DNA of 64,000 nucleotides from an uncultured Spirochaetaceae bacterium (GTDB lineage Bacteria; Spirochaetota; Spirochaetia; Sphaerochaetales; Sphaerochaetaceae), in the NCBI GenBank assembly GCA_944392935.1, contig CALXYI010000032.1, positions 132 to 64,131 on the forward strand. Direction: 5' to 3'. The stretch's first letter is position 1. Each line of letters opens with the position of its first letter. Shown here piece by piece: positions 34,659 through 44,487 of the stretch. The position numbers and the translations under genes are program-made. Below the pieces are notes generated by a model. It was not told the DNA's origin. It did not search any database and worked only from the letters and a program-made list of their open reading frames with translations.

Positions 34659-35324
34659 ATGAGAACAAGATTCGACAGTGAGCTTGAGACTCTGTATGTC
34701 AGCATGATAAAGATGGGTTCCCTTTCCGAGGAGGCTCTCTCCGCGCTCCATGACGCGCTTACGGGCAACGGCCGCTCCAGGCTCGATTCGATAGCGGCGA
34801 TCTCCCATCAGATAGACGAGAAGGAAAGGGAGATAGAGGCACTCTGCCTCCGCCTGCTTCTCAAGAGGCAGCCGGTCGCCAGGGATCTCCGCACGATATC
34901 CTCCGCCATGAAGATGGTTGTCGATATCGAGAGGATAGGCGACAATGCAGGGGATATCTCCGAGATAATACCGTTCATCTCGAATGATGAGCTGCCGGCA
35001 CGCATCGGCCTGGACAGGATGTGCGGCGAGGTTACCGATATGGTGGTCGGCGCAATCGATGCCTTCGTCCACTCCGATACGGAGAAGGCCCAGGCCGTTC
35101 TCTCCTCCGATGATATCGTGGACAATTCCTTCGTCAATGCGAAGGAGATGATCACGACGATGATCAGGGAGGGCGACAAGGATGCTGCCGAGGCACCCGA
35201 TCTCCTGATGATCGCGAAGTATTTCGAGAGGATGGGGGATCATGCCGCATCGCTTGCGCGCTGGGTGCTCAATGCATTCGATGCCAGCGGGGACTGGCTG
35301 AATAACCCCGTGCAGGTGAAATGA
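34659..35324 (+). CDS. phoU: Phosphate signalling complex protein PhoU
   Basis: Two PhoU repeats (DIERIGDNAGDI and KYFERMGDHAASLA). It starts 1 nt after pstB. Confidence 0.9.
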   Translation: MRTRFDSELETLYVSMIKMGSLSEEALSALHDALTGNGRSRLDSIAAISHQIDEKEREIEALCLRLLLKRQPVARDLRTISSAMKMVVDIERIGDNAGDISEIIPFISNDELPARIGLDRMCGEVTDMVVGAIDAFVHSDTEKAQAVLSSDDIVDNSFVNAKEMITTMIREGDKDAAEAPDLLMIAKYFERMGDHAASLARWVLNAFDASGDWLNNPVQVK

Positions 35325-35995
35325 TGATATATCTCGTTGAGGATGATCCATCGATACGCAAGCTCGTCAGCTATGCCCTCAAGGGTTCCGGCTATGAGGT
35401 CGCCGCCTTCGAATCGGGGGAGGCGATGGAAGCCGAGATGGGGCAGGACAAGCCGGAGCTTTTCCTCCTGGATATAATGCTCCCCGGTGAATCGGGGCTT
35501 GAGCTGCTTTCCTCGATACGCGCCAATCCCGGCCTGCGGGATATCCCGGTGATCATGCTCACCGCGAAGGGCACGGAGTACGACAAGGTCCTCGGCCTGG
35601 ACAGCGGTGCTGATGACTACATCGCGAAGCCGTTCGGCATGATGGAGCTGCTGGCAAGGATAAAGGCGGTGATGAGGCGCACCGAGCGCAGCAGGCGTGC
35701 CGATGATATATCGCTCGGAGGCATCGGGATATCCGAGGCTTCCCATATCGTGAAGGTCAACGGGAGCCGCATCGAGCTTACGCTGAAGGAGTTCAACCTC
35801 CTTCTGTATCTCATGGAGAATGATGGCATAGTCCTCAGCCGTGACAGCATACTCAACACGGTATGGGGCTATTCCTTCGACGGCGAGAACAGGACCGTCG
35901 ATGTGCATATCCGGCATCTGAGGGAGAAGCTCGGGGCTGAAGGCCAGCGTATCGAGACCGTCAAGGGTGTCGGCTATCGTTTCAGGGGCAACTGA
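35321..35995 (+). CDS. phoB: OmpR-family response regulator, phosphate regulon type (PhoB/PhoP)
   Basis: Receiver domain (LLDIMLPG, MLTAKG) plus a winged-helix domain (VDVHIRHLREKL, GVGYRF). ATGA overlap with phoU. Confidence 0.85.
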   Translation: MMIYLVEDDPSIRKLVSYALKGSGYEVAAFESGEAMEAEMGQDKPELFLLDIMLPGESGLELLSSIRANPGLRDIPVIMLTAKGTEYDKVLGLDSGADDYIAKPFGMMELLARIKAVMRRTERSRRADDISLGGIGISEASHIVKVNGSRIELTLKEFNLLLYLMENDGIVLSRDSILNTVWGYSFDGENRTVDVHIRHLREKLGAEGQRIETVKGVGYRFRGN

Positions 35996-37653
35996 TGAAC
36001 AAGAAGATATTCCATACGGTATTCCTTTCGATACTGCTCACGCTCATGCTTACGCTATCGGTATCGGTCTTCGTATTCTACTCGACATATGAGAGGAGGA
36101 TCGACGAGGATCTCGCATCCGAGCTCAGCCTTCTGAAGGCTGCCGCGGACAGGGACATGTCGCTTATCCCGCTGATGGATATAGCGGGGCAGAGGATAAC
36201 CCACATATCGCCTGACGGCACTGTGCTGTTTGACAGCGCAGCTGACCCGGGCACCATGGACAACCACGAGGACAGGGAGGAGGTGCATGAAGCCCTCATC
36301 TACGGCTATGGCGTATCGGAGCGCAGGAGCTCAACCCTCCTTGAGAGGCTCCATTATGCGGCAGTGAAGCTCTCTGACGGCTCGGTGCTCCGTGTATCGC
36401 TCAGCGCTGATGCCCTCGCTTCATTCCTTGTCGACATGATCTTCCCGCTTATCCTGATACTCCTGCTGCTCATCGCCTTCTTCGCCTACTATTCGTACAG
36501 GGCAGCGCGCAGGATCACCGATCCGATAAACACGCTGGATCTCGAGCATCCGGAATCCGCGGAGGGCTATGAGGAGCTTTCGCCGCTTCTCTTCCGCATC
36601 GCGAAGCAGCAGGCGACGATCCGCAGCCAGATAGAGGATGCGGAACGCAGGAGCCGCGAGTTCACGATAATCACGGACAACATGTCGGAAGGCCTTGCTG
36701 TCATAGACCCGTCGATGAGGCTGCTTTCCGTCAACAGCGCAGCCTACCGCCTGTTCGATTCGGAGGAGGTGAGGCCAGGGGACAGCATCCTCGCGATAAA
36801 CCGTTCCGATGATTTCTCCGATGCCGTGTCAGGAGCCCTTTCCGGCAGGAGAATGGAGATCGTCATCGATGGCAAGGCAAGGTCCCTGCAGATAATCGCA
36901 TCGCCTGTATTCGACAAAGGCGCTGCAACTGGCGCAGTCATCATCATAATCGATATAACGGAGAAGGCCGGACGCGAAAGGCTCAGGCGCGAGTTCTCGG
37001 CGAATGTCAGCCATGAGCTCAGGACACCTCTGACATCGATATCCGGATTCGCGGAGCTCCTGATGAGAGGCGGCGTGCCAGAAGCTACGGTAAGGGATTT
37101 CGGCAAGGAGATATACGATGAGAGCCAGCGCCTGATAGCGCTTGTCCATGACATCATCAGGCTCTCCAAGCTGGACGAGGGCGATGCATCAGAGGATCTC
37201 TCGCGCATCTCCATCTCCGAGATAGCCGAGGATGTCGTATCGAGGCTGAAGAAGAGGGCAGAGAGCTTCTCCGTTGCCATAGATATGCATATTTCCGACA
37301 GGGGCTGCATAAACGGATCGGAGATGCTCATCGATGAGATGATCTCGAATCTTGTCGATAACGCCATCAAGTACAACAGGAAAGGCGGGAAGGTCGATGT
37401 ATCCATATCCCGGCGCGATGACAAGGTCATCCTCTCTGTCAAGGATACGGGGATAGGCATCCCCGATAATGACAAGGACCGTGTCTTCGAACGCTTCTAC
37501 AGGGTGGACAAGTCCCGGTCCAGGGAATCCGGGGGAACAGGCCTCGGCCTCTCGATCGTGCGCCATGCCGCCATCTTCCATCATGCAGCGATAAACCTCG
37601 ATTCGAAGTTCGGGGACGGCACGGTCATCACGATAAGCTTCCCTGCAGCATGA
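35995..37653 (+). CDS. phoR: Sensor histidine kinase PhoR-like
   Basis: TGATG overlap with the regulator gene. Two TM segments, H box SHELRTPLTSI, N box DNAIKYN, G box GGTGLGLSIV. Confidence 0.85.
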   Translation: MNKKIFHTVFLSILLTLMLTLSVSVFVFYSTYERRIDEDLASELSLLKAAADRDMSLIPLMDIAGQRITHISPDGTVLFDSAADPGTMDNHEDREEVHEALIYGYGVSERRSSTLLERLHYAAVKLSDGSVLRVSLSADALASFLVDMIFPLILILLLLIAFFAYYSYRAARRITDPINTLDLEHPESAEGYEELSPLLFRIAKQQATIRSQIEDAERRSREFTIITDNMSEGLAVIDPSMRLLSVNSAAYRLFDSEEVRPGDSILAINRSDDFSDAVSGALSGRRMEIVIDGKARSLQIIASPVFDKGAATGAVIIIIDITEKAGRERLRREFSANVSHELRTPLTSISGFAELLMRGGVPEATVRDFGKEIYDESQRLIALVHDIIRLSKLDEGDASEDLSRISISEIAEDVVSRLKKRAESFSVAIDMHISDRGCINGSEMLIDEMISNLVDNAIKYNRKGGKVDVSISRRDDKVILSVKDTGIGIPDNDKDRVFERFYRVDKSRSRESGGTGLGLSIVRHAAIFHHAAINLDSKFGDGTVITISFPAA

Positions 37654-37673
37654 GAGATGCATGCATAGCTCTG

Positions 37674-37700
37674 AAGGGTCCCCAGGGGGCCCTTCTCTTC
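37674..37700 (+). terminator. Possible terminator after phoR
   Basis: GAAGGG(T)CCC-AGG-GGGCCCTTC followed by TCTTCTCT. The stem is imperfect. Confidence 0.4.
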
Positions 37701-37817
37701 TCTCCGGGCATCCAATGCGATAAGAGGCAGGGGAGTCTGTGCTTCCAAGAGCGGCATTCCCATCCATCCCGGTATAAGGGGCCGTGCAGCGCCGTTTCCC
37801 CGGCCTGCACAGCGGAG

Positions 37818-37833
37818 TAGTGAATATTCACTA
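37818..37833. promoter_or_regulatory. Perfect 16-bp palindrome, candidate regulator binding site
   Basis: TAGTGAATATTCACTA is its own reverse complement. It lies 23 nt upstream of the -35 element of the acyl-CoA ligase promoter. Confidence 0.5.
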
Positions 37834-37855
37834 TGCCTTTTCCGCGTGCTCCGCA

Positions 37856-37883
37856 TTGACAAGGACTCCGTGGAAGCTAGAAT
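37856..37883 (+). promoter_or_regulatory. Putative sigma70-type promoter of the acyl-CoA ligase gene
   Basis: TTGACA (37856-37861), 16-nt spacer, TAGAAT (37878-37883). The ATG at 37915 follows 32 nt downstream. Confidence 0.55.
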
Positions 37884-37914
37884 TCAATGAGACTTCCAGT
37901 AAAAGGGGATTTCC

Positions 37915-39621
37915 ATGAAATTCAAACCATCAGAGCCCTGGCGCTTCCTTGACGCATACAGGGGGAAGGAATTCCAGGGTGAGTGGCCGAATGTGAAGGA
38001 GACGTTCCATATCTCCGCACTGAGGTATCCTGACAATCTCTGCTTCCGCGCATTCTCTCCGAAGGAGGAGTCATTCACCTACAGCGAGGCAGAGAGGAAG
38101 ATAAGGGAAGTATCGTACTGCCTTATGTCCACAGGTGTCAGGAAAGGCGACAGGATCGCTGTATCAGGGAAGAACAGCCCGGAATGGGCGATTGCATATC
38201 TTGGTATCATCTATGCCGGGGCAACTGTTGTTCCGCTTGATTACTCCCTTAATGATGCTGAGATGGAGAGACTCATCGCCTTTGGCGGAGTCTCCCGTCT
38301 CTTCATCGACAAGGAGCGTCTCGGAAGGATCCAGGGCGGCCTTTCCGCCGTCTATTCCCTCGAGCCCGGTGCCGATGTCCCGTTCGTCCTCGATATGACA
38401 GGGCCGGAGGCTGAATGCGAGAGGGCAGAGGGCAGCGATATCGCCGCGATACTCTTCACTTCCGGAACCACCGGCACGCCGAAGGGCGTCATGCTCACGC
38501 ATGACAACCTCATCTCCGACTGCTATCTTGCGCAGGGCAATATGAACATCTTCTCCACGGATGTCTTCTATGCGATCCTCCCGATACATCATGCATATAC
38601 CATGCTTGCCGTCTTCTTCGAGGCATTCTCCGTGGGAGCCGCGACCGTATTCGGGAAGAAGCTCGTTGTGTCGCAGATACTCAGGGAGCTCAAGGATGGG
38701 CATGTGACGATGTTCCTCGCTGTCCCGATGCTCTTCAACAAGATGATAGCCGCGCTCATGGCAGGAGTCAGGAAGAAGGGGGCTGCTGTCTATGGCCTGG
38801 TAAGGGCGATGATGAGCTTCTCCGGCTTCGTGAAGAAGGTCTTCGGTGTGAACATCGGCAAGAGGATGTTCGGCTTCCTGCTGCGCAACCTGTCCCTTGA
38901 GGACAACAGGATATGCATCTGCGGCGGCGGCCCGCTTCCATCCTCCACATTCAGGATGTTCAATGAGCTCGGCATAGATTTCGTGCAGGGCTATGGGCTT
39001 ACGGAGACCTCTCCCATAACCCATCTCAATCCTGTCGAGGCGTATATCGAGACGTCGGTAGGGCGGAGGATACCCGGATGCGATGTGAGGATCGTCGATC
39101 CGGACAGCGACGGGAACGGCCTGATATACATCAAGGGCCCCATGGTCATGAAGGGCTACTACAACAACCCTGAGGCTACGGAGGAGATACTCTCCGATGA
39201 CGGATGGCTCAATACCGGCGATGTGGGGCATCAGGACGAGGACGGATATCTCTACCTTACAGGGCGGGCGAAGAGCGTGATCGTCACGGAAGGCGGCAAG
39301 AACGTCTTCCCTGAGGAGATAGAGGATCATTTCCAGCTCTATGATGATATAGACCAGGTGTGCATCATCGGCTATACCGCCGACAAGGCGCTGAGAAGCG
39401 AGGGGATAAGGGCGATCATCCTGCCATCGCAGGGCTATCTGAAGAAGGAGAGCGATGAAGCTGCTGTCGAGAAGCACATGAATGATATCGTCGCAGAGGT
39501 CAACAGGGAGCTCCAGAGCTATAAGAAGATAACCCGTGTGACCGTTGCCGATCATCCGATGCCGATGACGAGCACCAAGAAGATAAAGCGTTTCGAGGTC
39601 ATAGCCGAGTACGGCGACTGA
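37915..39621 (+). CDS. AMP-dependent synthetase / long-chain-fatty-acid--CoA ligase
   Basis: AMP-binding motif LFTSGTTGTPKGV, GYGLTETS, and a C-terminal KKIKRF-type end. Confidence 0.9.
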   Translation: MKFKPSEPWRFLDAYRGKEFQGEWPNVKETFHISALRYPDNLCFRAFSPKEESFTYSEAERKIREVSYCLMSTGVRKGDRIAVSGKNSPEWAIAYLGIIYAGATVVPLDYSLNDAEMERLIAFGGVSRLFIDKERLGRIQGGLSAVYSLEPGADVPFVLDMTGPEAECERAEGSDIAAILFTSGTTGTPKGVMLTHDNLISDCYLAQGNMNIFSTDVFYAILPIHHAYTMLAVFFEAFSVGAATVFGKKLVVSQILRELKDGHVTMFLAVPMLFNKMIAALMAGVRKKGAAVYGLVRAMMSFSGFVKKVFGVNIGKRMFGFLLRNLSLEDNRICICGGGPLPSSTFRMFNELGIDFVQGYGLTETSPITHLNPVEAYIETSVGRRIPGCDVRIVDPDSDGNGLIYIKGPMVMKGYYNNPEATEEILSDDGWLNTGDVGHQDEDGYLYLTGRAKSVIVTEGGKNVFPEEIEDHFQLYDDIDQVCIIGYTADKALRSEGIRAIILPSQGYLKKESDEAAVEKHMNDIVAEVNRELQSYKKITRVTVADHPMPMTSTKKIKRFEVIAEYGD

Positions 39622-39682
39622 TCAGGGGGGGCGGGAATCCGGCCTCTTGCCTTTATATTCCATCATGCGTATCTTTCAGGAT

Positions 39683-39976
39683 ATGGAACTCATGAGTTAT
39701 CAGCGGGCATTTCTCCGCTCAAGGGCACAGCAGCTTGATCCGGTTGTCTATGTAGGCAAGGAAGGTCTTACCGATGGAGTGGCGAAAGCACTCGATGATG
39801 CCCTTGCTTCCCATGAGCTCGTGAAGGTCAGGTTCCAGAGCGCGAAGGATGAGATCGATGGGATATCGCGTTCGCTTGCAGAGCGCACCTCCTCCACGCT
39901 TGTCGCCATCACAGGATTCACCGCGGTCTTCTTCCGGCAGGATCCGGATAGCACTGAGCGCATCTACCGCATCTGA
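39683..39976 (+). CDS. yhbY: YhbY family (CRM domain) RNA-binding protein
   Basis: Core VVYVGKEGLTDGVAKALDDALASHELVKVRF. Start taken at MELMSYQR (ATG 39683), giving the usual ~97 aa. The ORF is open from 39647. Confidence 0.8.
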   Translation: MELMSYQRAFLRSRAQQLDPVVYVGKEGLTDGVAKALDDALASHELVKVRFQSAKDEIDGISRSLAERTSSTLVAITGFTAVFFRQDPDSTERIYRI

Positions 39977-40207
39977 CCGTGCGGTTTGCCTGAAGGATGC
40001 GATTGCGCTGATGGAATAACAGAAAGAAGGTGTCTCTCCCGCAGCCGCGGGGCGGTACCGCAACAGCATGGCCTGGACCGGGGTCTCGCTCCGGATGAGC
40101 CTGCTGGAACGATCATGAAAAGGGAATCCCATATATCAGGTCAGCTGCAGTGTTCACCTTCGACCCGGGATGGATGGAGTATTCCGTTCCATCAGGATGG
40201 GATTCCT

Positions 40208-40234
40208 GGATGCTTTGCTGAGCATCCTGTTTTT
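40208..40234 (+). terminator. Rho-independent terminator
   Basis: GGATGCT-TTGCTG-AGCATCC followed by TGTTTTT. It lies about 230 nt downstream of the yhbY stop. Confidence 0.6.
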
Positions 40235-40454
40235 CTCATAAAATCCCTTTTTTATCCATATTGGCAGGATATTGCCTCATAAAGCACGATTTTCGTTATA
40301 TGAATCTCTTGATTGAGATACCTTTGCAGATATTGCACGATTCCGCCGATGGCTAAATTCATACAATTTCCTCAGAAAACTTTTGCTTATTGGATTGTTT
40401 CCTGCTAATGTATTAAGCAGTGGAATCTGGCGCAAGCCAGAAGAGGATAGAATA

Positions 40455-41330
40455 ATGTACGCACCTTTCATGTTTGTGACTTCTGAGCAGGAACTTCATT
40501 ACGTCCTCGTTCATAATTCAGGTATACGCGCCTTCCCGATGCACTGGCATGGTGAGATAGAGATCACCTATGTGAGAAGCGGTGAGCAGAAGCTCCTCAT
40601 AAACGGAGCCGAGACGGTTGTCAGGGAAGGCGAGGCCGCGATAATCGCTCCGGGGGACAGCCATTTCTACTTCCCCAGCGAGGCAGAGCTCGTCACCATC
40701 ATATTCTCCCCTGATCTCTTCTCAGGCACCCCTGAAGCAGCGGCTGTGCAGGCTGCGGTGCTGGAGGGGCTTGGACATAACCCCAGGACAACGGGCAGCT
40801 GGCAGGAGAGCGGAAGGGAAAAGCTCCGTGGATGGATATCGTCCCTTGAGGAGCTCTCACCATCATCGCCTCTTGATGAGCTGAGGATACGCTCAGCCCT
40901 CTTCTCGATCTCCGCGCTTGCTGCGGACAGCTCGGTCAGCCCGATATCCGTCGAGAACGGAAGCGGCACGGACAGCAAGGTGAGGGGAAGGATCGCAAGG
41001 GTATTCGCCATGATAGAGGAGAGATACAGCAGCCCTCTCACGCTTCCTGAGGCAGCGGAGGCTGCTGGCTATGTGCCGACATATTTCTCGAGGATATTCA
41101 AGGAATACACCGGCGTGACATTCTACGACTACCTTACTTCCTACAGGATATGCAAGGCGAAGGCAGAGCTTGTATCCGGGCACGCCAGCATCAGCGCAGT
41201 CGCCGCGAAATGCGGCTTCGGGAGCGTGAAGACATTCGACAGGGTCTTCAAGGAATATGCCTCTGTATCGCCTCTGAGATTCAGGAAGGAGCACCAGAAG
41301 GCACAGGGCGCCAGGAAGCAGAAGCAGTGA
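40455..41330 (+). CDS. AraC family transcriptional regulator with an N-terminal cupin domain
   Basis: Start at MYAPFMF (ATG 40455). Cupin region HWHGEIEITYV. C-terminal double HTH (AAEAAGYVPTYFSRIFKEYTGVTFYDYL). Confidence 0.85.
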   Translation: MYAPFMFVTSEQELHYVLVHNSGIRAFPMHWHGEIEITYVRSGEQKLLINGAETVVREGEAAIIAPGDSHFYFPSEAELVTIIFSPDLFSGTPEAAAVQAAVLEGLGHNPRTTGSWQESGREKLRGWISSLEELSPSSPLDELRIRSALFSISALAADSSVSPISVENGSGTDSKVRGRIARVFAMIEERYSSPLTLPEAAEAAGYVPTYFSRIFKEYTGVTFYDYLTSYRICKAKAELVSGHASISAVAAKCGFGSVKTFDRVFKEYASVSPLRFRKEHQKAQGARKQKQ

Positions 41331-41888
41331 TCAGACGAATATGCTGAAGGGTGCCCCGCATTCAGGGCATCTTATATGCACTTCCCTGAGCCGGGGCTCA
41401 ATGAGGGGATGCCCATCCTCGATCCCTAGGACAGCGCCTTTCCCGAAGCGCTCTGCTGTGATGCCCCGGCGCTCGAGCACGATCCTCGCCCTGTCGTCAA
41501 TGCGTTCTGCCGTGTAGACGCTCATTATCCCGGAGTCCTCAAGGACCCCGATCTCCGGCATGCCGCCGGCAAGGATCAGCGATCCGATGCCGTAGGCGCT
41601 GTGATCCAGTACATCCTCGATATCGCGGATGCTGGCAGCGCAGCCGGCGGCCAGCACCGCTGTCCCGTCAGTATCCTCGATCCTGTAGATATCCTCTGCC
41701 ATCTGCTCAAGCCTGAGCCCGTTCCATCTCATGTACCACACAGTGCTGTCAAGCTCTATCGTGTCGCCATCGCTGCTTATGACCGCAAGGCGCTCCGAGG
41801 CGGATGCCGGCATCGCCAGCGAATATGATGCCCAGAGGGGCATGGTGATGGATGCAATCAGTATGAATATGGTCACTCCTGCCTTCAT
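41331..41888 (-). CDS. Secreted hypothetical protein
   Basis: 185 aa. Signal peptide MKAGVTIFILIASITMPLWA. Its stop abuts the araC-like stop (TGA-TCA). A TATAAT lies 8 nt upstream of the ATG, so a very short leader is possible. Confidence 0.6.
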   Translation of the reverse strand: MKAGVTIFILIASITMPLWASYSLAMPASASERLAVISSDGDTIELDSTVWYMRWNGLRLEQMAEDIYRIEDTDGTAVLAAGCAASIRDIEDVLDHSAYGIGSLILAGGMPEIGVLEDSGIMSVYTAERIDDRARIVLERRGITAERFGKGAVLGIEDGHPLIEPRLREVHIRCPECGAPFSIFV

Positions 41889-42011
41889 GCTGCGTGATTA
41901 TAGCATCTTCCCCTCCCTTATGCATGGCATGCCTGAATCCACACCGTCACTTTGCTCCTGCCGCTTGGCTTACCGCTTGAAACGGAACCGTGTTTTGTTG
42001 TATTCATCTAC

Positions 42012-42656
42012 TTGTTTCATAGTCAGATAAATGAACCTACGCATGGATTTCACATTTGTCTGGCTATATATGGACAGGAGTTGGATTTGAGATTCATCAG
42101 CCATATACATACAGGGATCTACATGCTGCTTCAGATGAGGCCTTCGATGGGGCTTCTCGAGTCTGCAGCCTATCTTTTCGGCAGCGTCCAGCCCGATGTC
42201 TGCATGAAGACATATGTCATGGGGGTCGCCCCGGGTGACGAGGGCAGGGGCCACAACTTCCGCACGGCCATGCTGCGGATAGAGAGGCTCCTTGAGAACT
42301 ATGAGGGAGGAGGCGGGATCGTCTCCGCATACAGGCTTGGGAAGATCTCCCATTACGCAGCTGATATCTTCACCTATCCGCACAATCCGCATCTCTTCCG
42401 CGGATCGCTCAAAGACCACATGAAATATGAGAGGAAGCTCAACAGGTACCTGAAGTCGTATCTCGCATCAGGGAACGTGAGGCTGAACGTCCGCTTCACC
42501 ACCGATGTCCTGGGGGAGCTCAGGGCCCGCCATGATGAGTATGAGGAGATGGAACACAGTCCGGAGACCGATACATCATGCATCCTCTCCGCCCTTGCCC
42601 TCGTGTACCTCCTGGGCTATGTGCCGGCTCCAGCGCTTCTCAGCAGCGCTGTATAG
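42012..42656 (+). CDS. Zinc-dependent phospholipase C family-like protein
   Basis: LFGSVQPD and ISHYAADIFTYPHN resemble the Zn_dep_PLPC-like bacterial family. The start is uncertain: the ORF is open from TTG 41952, an in-frame TTG sits at 42012, and neither has a good RBS. Confidence 0.55.
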   Translation: MFHSQINEPTHGFHICLAIYGQELDLRFISHIHTGIYMLLQMRPSMGLLESAAYLFGSVQPDVCMKTYVMGVAPGDEGRGHNFRTAMLRIERLLENYEGGGGIVSAYRLGKISHYAADIFTYPHNPHLFRGSLKDHMKYERKLNRYLKSYLASGNVRLNVRFTTDVLGELRARHDEYEEMEHSPETDTSCILSALALVYLLGYVPAPALLSSAV

Positions 42657-42847
42657 GGAGGCTGCATGGAGCATGGTATCTTCGGTATATCCGTTCCTTA
42701 TGCTGGATGCGGCTTCACGGAGATGGAGCTTCTCCTCATCGATGATATCACGGATGTCATGATGGCAAGGTATATCGCATATATCGGCTGAGGCTAGCCA
42801 GCCGTCCGCTCTTCATGTAGGATGTTGCTGATCAAAGGCGGTACGCA

Positions 42848-43120
42848 ATGAGGAAATCCATAATAACCGTAGTGGGCAAGGACCAGGTCGGCATCATAGC
42901 CAAGGTCTGCACGTTCCTTGCAGAGAGCAATGTCAATATCCTGGACATAAGCCAGACGATCGTGTCAGGCTATTTCAATATGATGATGATCTGCGACGCA
43001 AATGGCGCGGATAAGGAATTCATAGCCCTCTCGGATGAGCTTGAGGCCCTTGGGAAGAGAATCGGCTGCATCATCAAGCTGCAGCGCGAGGAGATCTTCG
43101 AAAGCATGCAGAGGATCTGA
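42848..43120 (+). CDS. ACT domain protein (UPF0237 family)
   Basis: [37 protein letters not shown] is typical. 90 aa. Confidence 0.85.
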   Translation: MRKSIITVVGKDQVGIIAKVCTFLAESNVNILDISQTIVSGYFNMMMICDANGADKEFIALSDELEALGKRIGCIIKLQREEIFESMQRI

Positions 43121-43122
43121 GG

Positions 43123-44487
43123 ATGATCAATCTCAGCGAAGTAATAGAAACGAATGCGATGATCGAGAAGGAGAACCTCGACGTGAGGACGATCACGCTG
43201 GGGATCTCCCTGCTTGACTGCATCTCCGATGATGTGGACAGGCTGTGCGCCAGGATATACGACAGGATCCTGGAACGTGCGGAGCGCCTTGTGCGGACAG
43301 GGGAGGAGATAGAGCGCGAGTATGCCATCCCGGTCGTCAACAAGCGCATCTCCGTCACCCCCATAGGCATCATCGGTGCAGCGGCATGCCACGAGCCTTC
43401 CGATTTCGTGCGCATAGCGAAGACGCTGGACAGGGCGGCTGCTGAGGTCGGGGTGAACTTCCTAGGCGGCTATTCAGCCCTCTGCGCGAAAGGCATGACC
43501 GAAGCCGAGCGGCTGCTCATAGCATCCATTCCCGAGGCTCTTGCGGAAACGGAGCGTATCTGCTCATCAGTCGCGCTTGGCTCGACACGCACAGGGCTCA
43601 ATATGGATGCCGTAGCCCTGATGGGCAGGATCATAAAGGAGACTGCGGAGAGGACAGCTGACCGCGATTCCATCGGATGCGCCAAGCTCGTCGTGTTCTG
43701 CAATGCCCCTGATGACAATCCATTCATGGCAGGAGCATTCCATGGCGTCACCGAAGCGGATGCTGTGATCAACGTGGGCGTAAGCGGCCCGGGTGTGATA
43801 AAGCATGCCCTTGAAGGCGTGAGGGGAAAGGATTTCGAGGTGCTTGCCGAGACAGTGAAGCGCACTGCCTTCAAGATCACCAGGCTCGGGCAGCTCGTGG
43901 CAAAGGAAGCCTCCAGGAGGCTCGGCATCCCGTTCGGCATCGTGGACTTGTCGCTGGCTCCCACGCCTGCGATAGGGGACAGCATCTCCGATATCCTCGA
44001 GCTCATGGGGCTTGAGAGGACAGGGGCTCCCGGAACGACGGCAGCGCTTGCGCTCCTCAATGACCAGGTGAAGAAGGGCGGGCTGATGGCTTCGAGCTAT
44101 GTCGGAGGGCTCAGCGGATCGTTCATACCTGTAAGCGAGGACCAGGGGATGATAAACGCGGTCAACGCGGGAGCTCTGACGATCGAGAAGCTCGAGGCGA
44201 TGACATGCATCTGCTCCGTAGGGCTGGATATGATCGCGATTCCGGGGGATACCGCGGCATCCACCATCTCGGGGATAATCGCGGATGAGATGGCCATAGG
44301 CATGGTCAACCAGAAGACGACGGCTGTCCGCCTCATCCCTGTCATAGGGAAGGGAGTGGGAGACACAGCCACATTCGGAGGGCTTCTCGGCTATGCCCCG
44401 ATAATGGCCGTGAATCCATTCTCATGCGAGGAGTTCATATCGCGCGGAGGCCGTATCCCGGCACCTGTGCATAGCTTCAGGAACTGA
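43123..44487 (+). CDS. PFL family protein (UPF0210/DUF711)
   Basis: [15 protein letters not shown] start and ~450 aa length. It directly follows its usual ACT-domain partner. Confidence 0.9.
   Translation: MINLSEVIETNAMIEKENLDVRTITLGISLLDCISDDVDRLCARIYDRILERAERLVRTGEEIEREYAIPVVNKRISVTPIGIIGAAACHEPSDFVRIAKTLDRAAAEVGVNFLGGYSALCAKGMTEAERLLIASIPEALAETERICSSVALGSTRTGLNMDAVALMGRIIKETAERTADRDSIGCAKLVVFCNAPDDNPFMAGAFHGVTEADAVINVGVSGPGVIKHALEGVRGKDFEVLAETVKRTAFKITRLGQLVAKEASRRLGIPFGIVDLSLAPTPAIGDSISDILELMGLERTGAPGTTAALALLNDQVKKGGLMASSYVGGLSGSFIPVSEDQGMINAVNAGALTIEKLEAMTCICSVGLDMIAIPGDTAASTISGIIADEMAIGMVNQKTTAVRLIPVIGKGVGDTATFGGLLGYAPIMAVNPFSCEEFISRGGRIPAPVHSFRN

Noticed and set aside
39625-39631. G7 tract just after the acyl-CoA ligase stop and upstream of yhbY, considered as a third phase-variation tract.
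   Set aside because: It is shorter than the two 9-mers and does not lie between recognisable -35 and -10 hexamers. The nearby TTGCCT and TATATT are only about 2 nt apart. It most likely belongs to the 25-nt intergenic junction without regulatory geometry.
39719-40282. ORFs 39986..40282 (+, 98 aa) and 39719..40132 (-, 137 aa) in the yhbY-araC gap.
   Set aside because: The plus ORF reads straight through an intrinsic terminator and has no RBS. The minus ORF is antisense to yhbY for half its length. Neither has a recognisable motif. I treat the region as a possible structured RNA instead.
41889-42011. Possible frameshift or alternative ATG (42031, other frame) at the start of the phospholipase C-like gene.
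   Set aside because: The ATG at 42031 opens only a 19-codon ORF in a different frame. The conserved N-terminal His region (PTHGFH) is in the main frame. The simplest reading is a non-ATG (TTG) start, so I make no frameshift claim.
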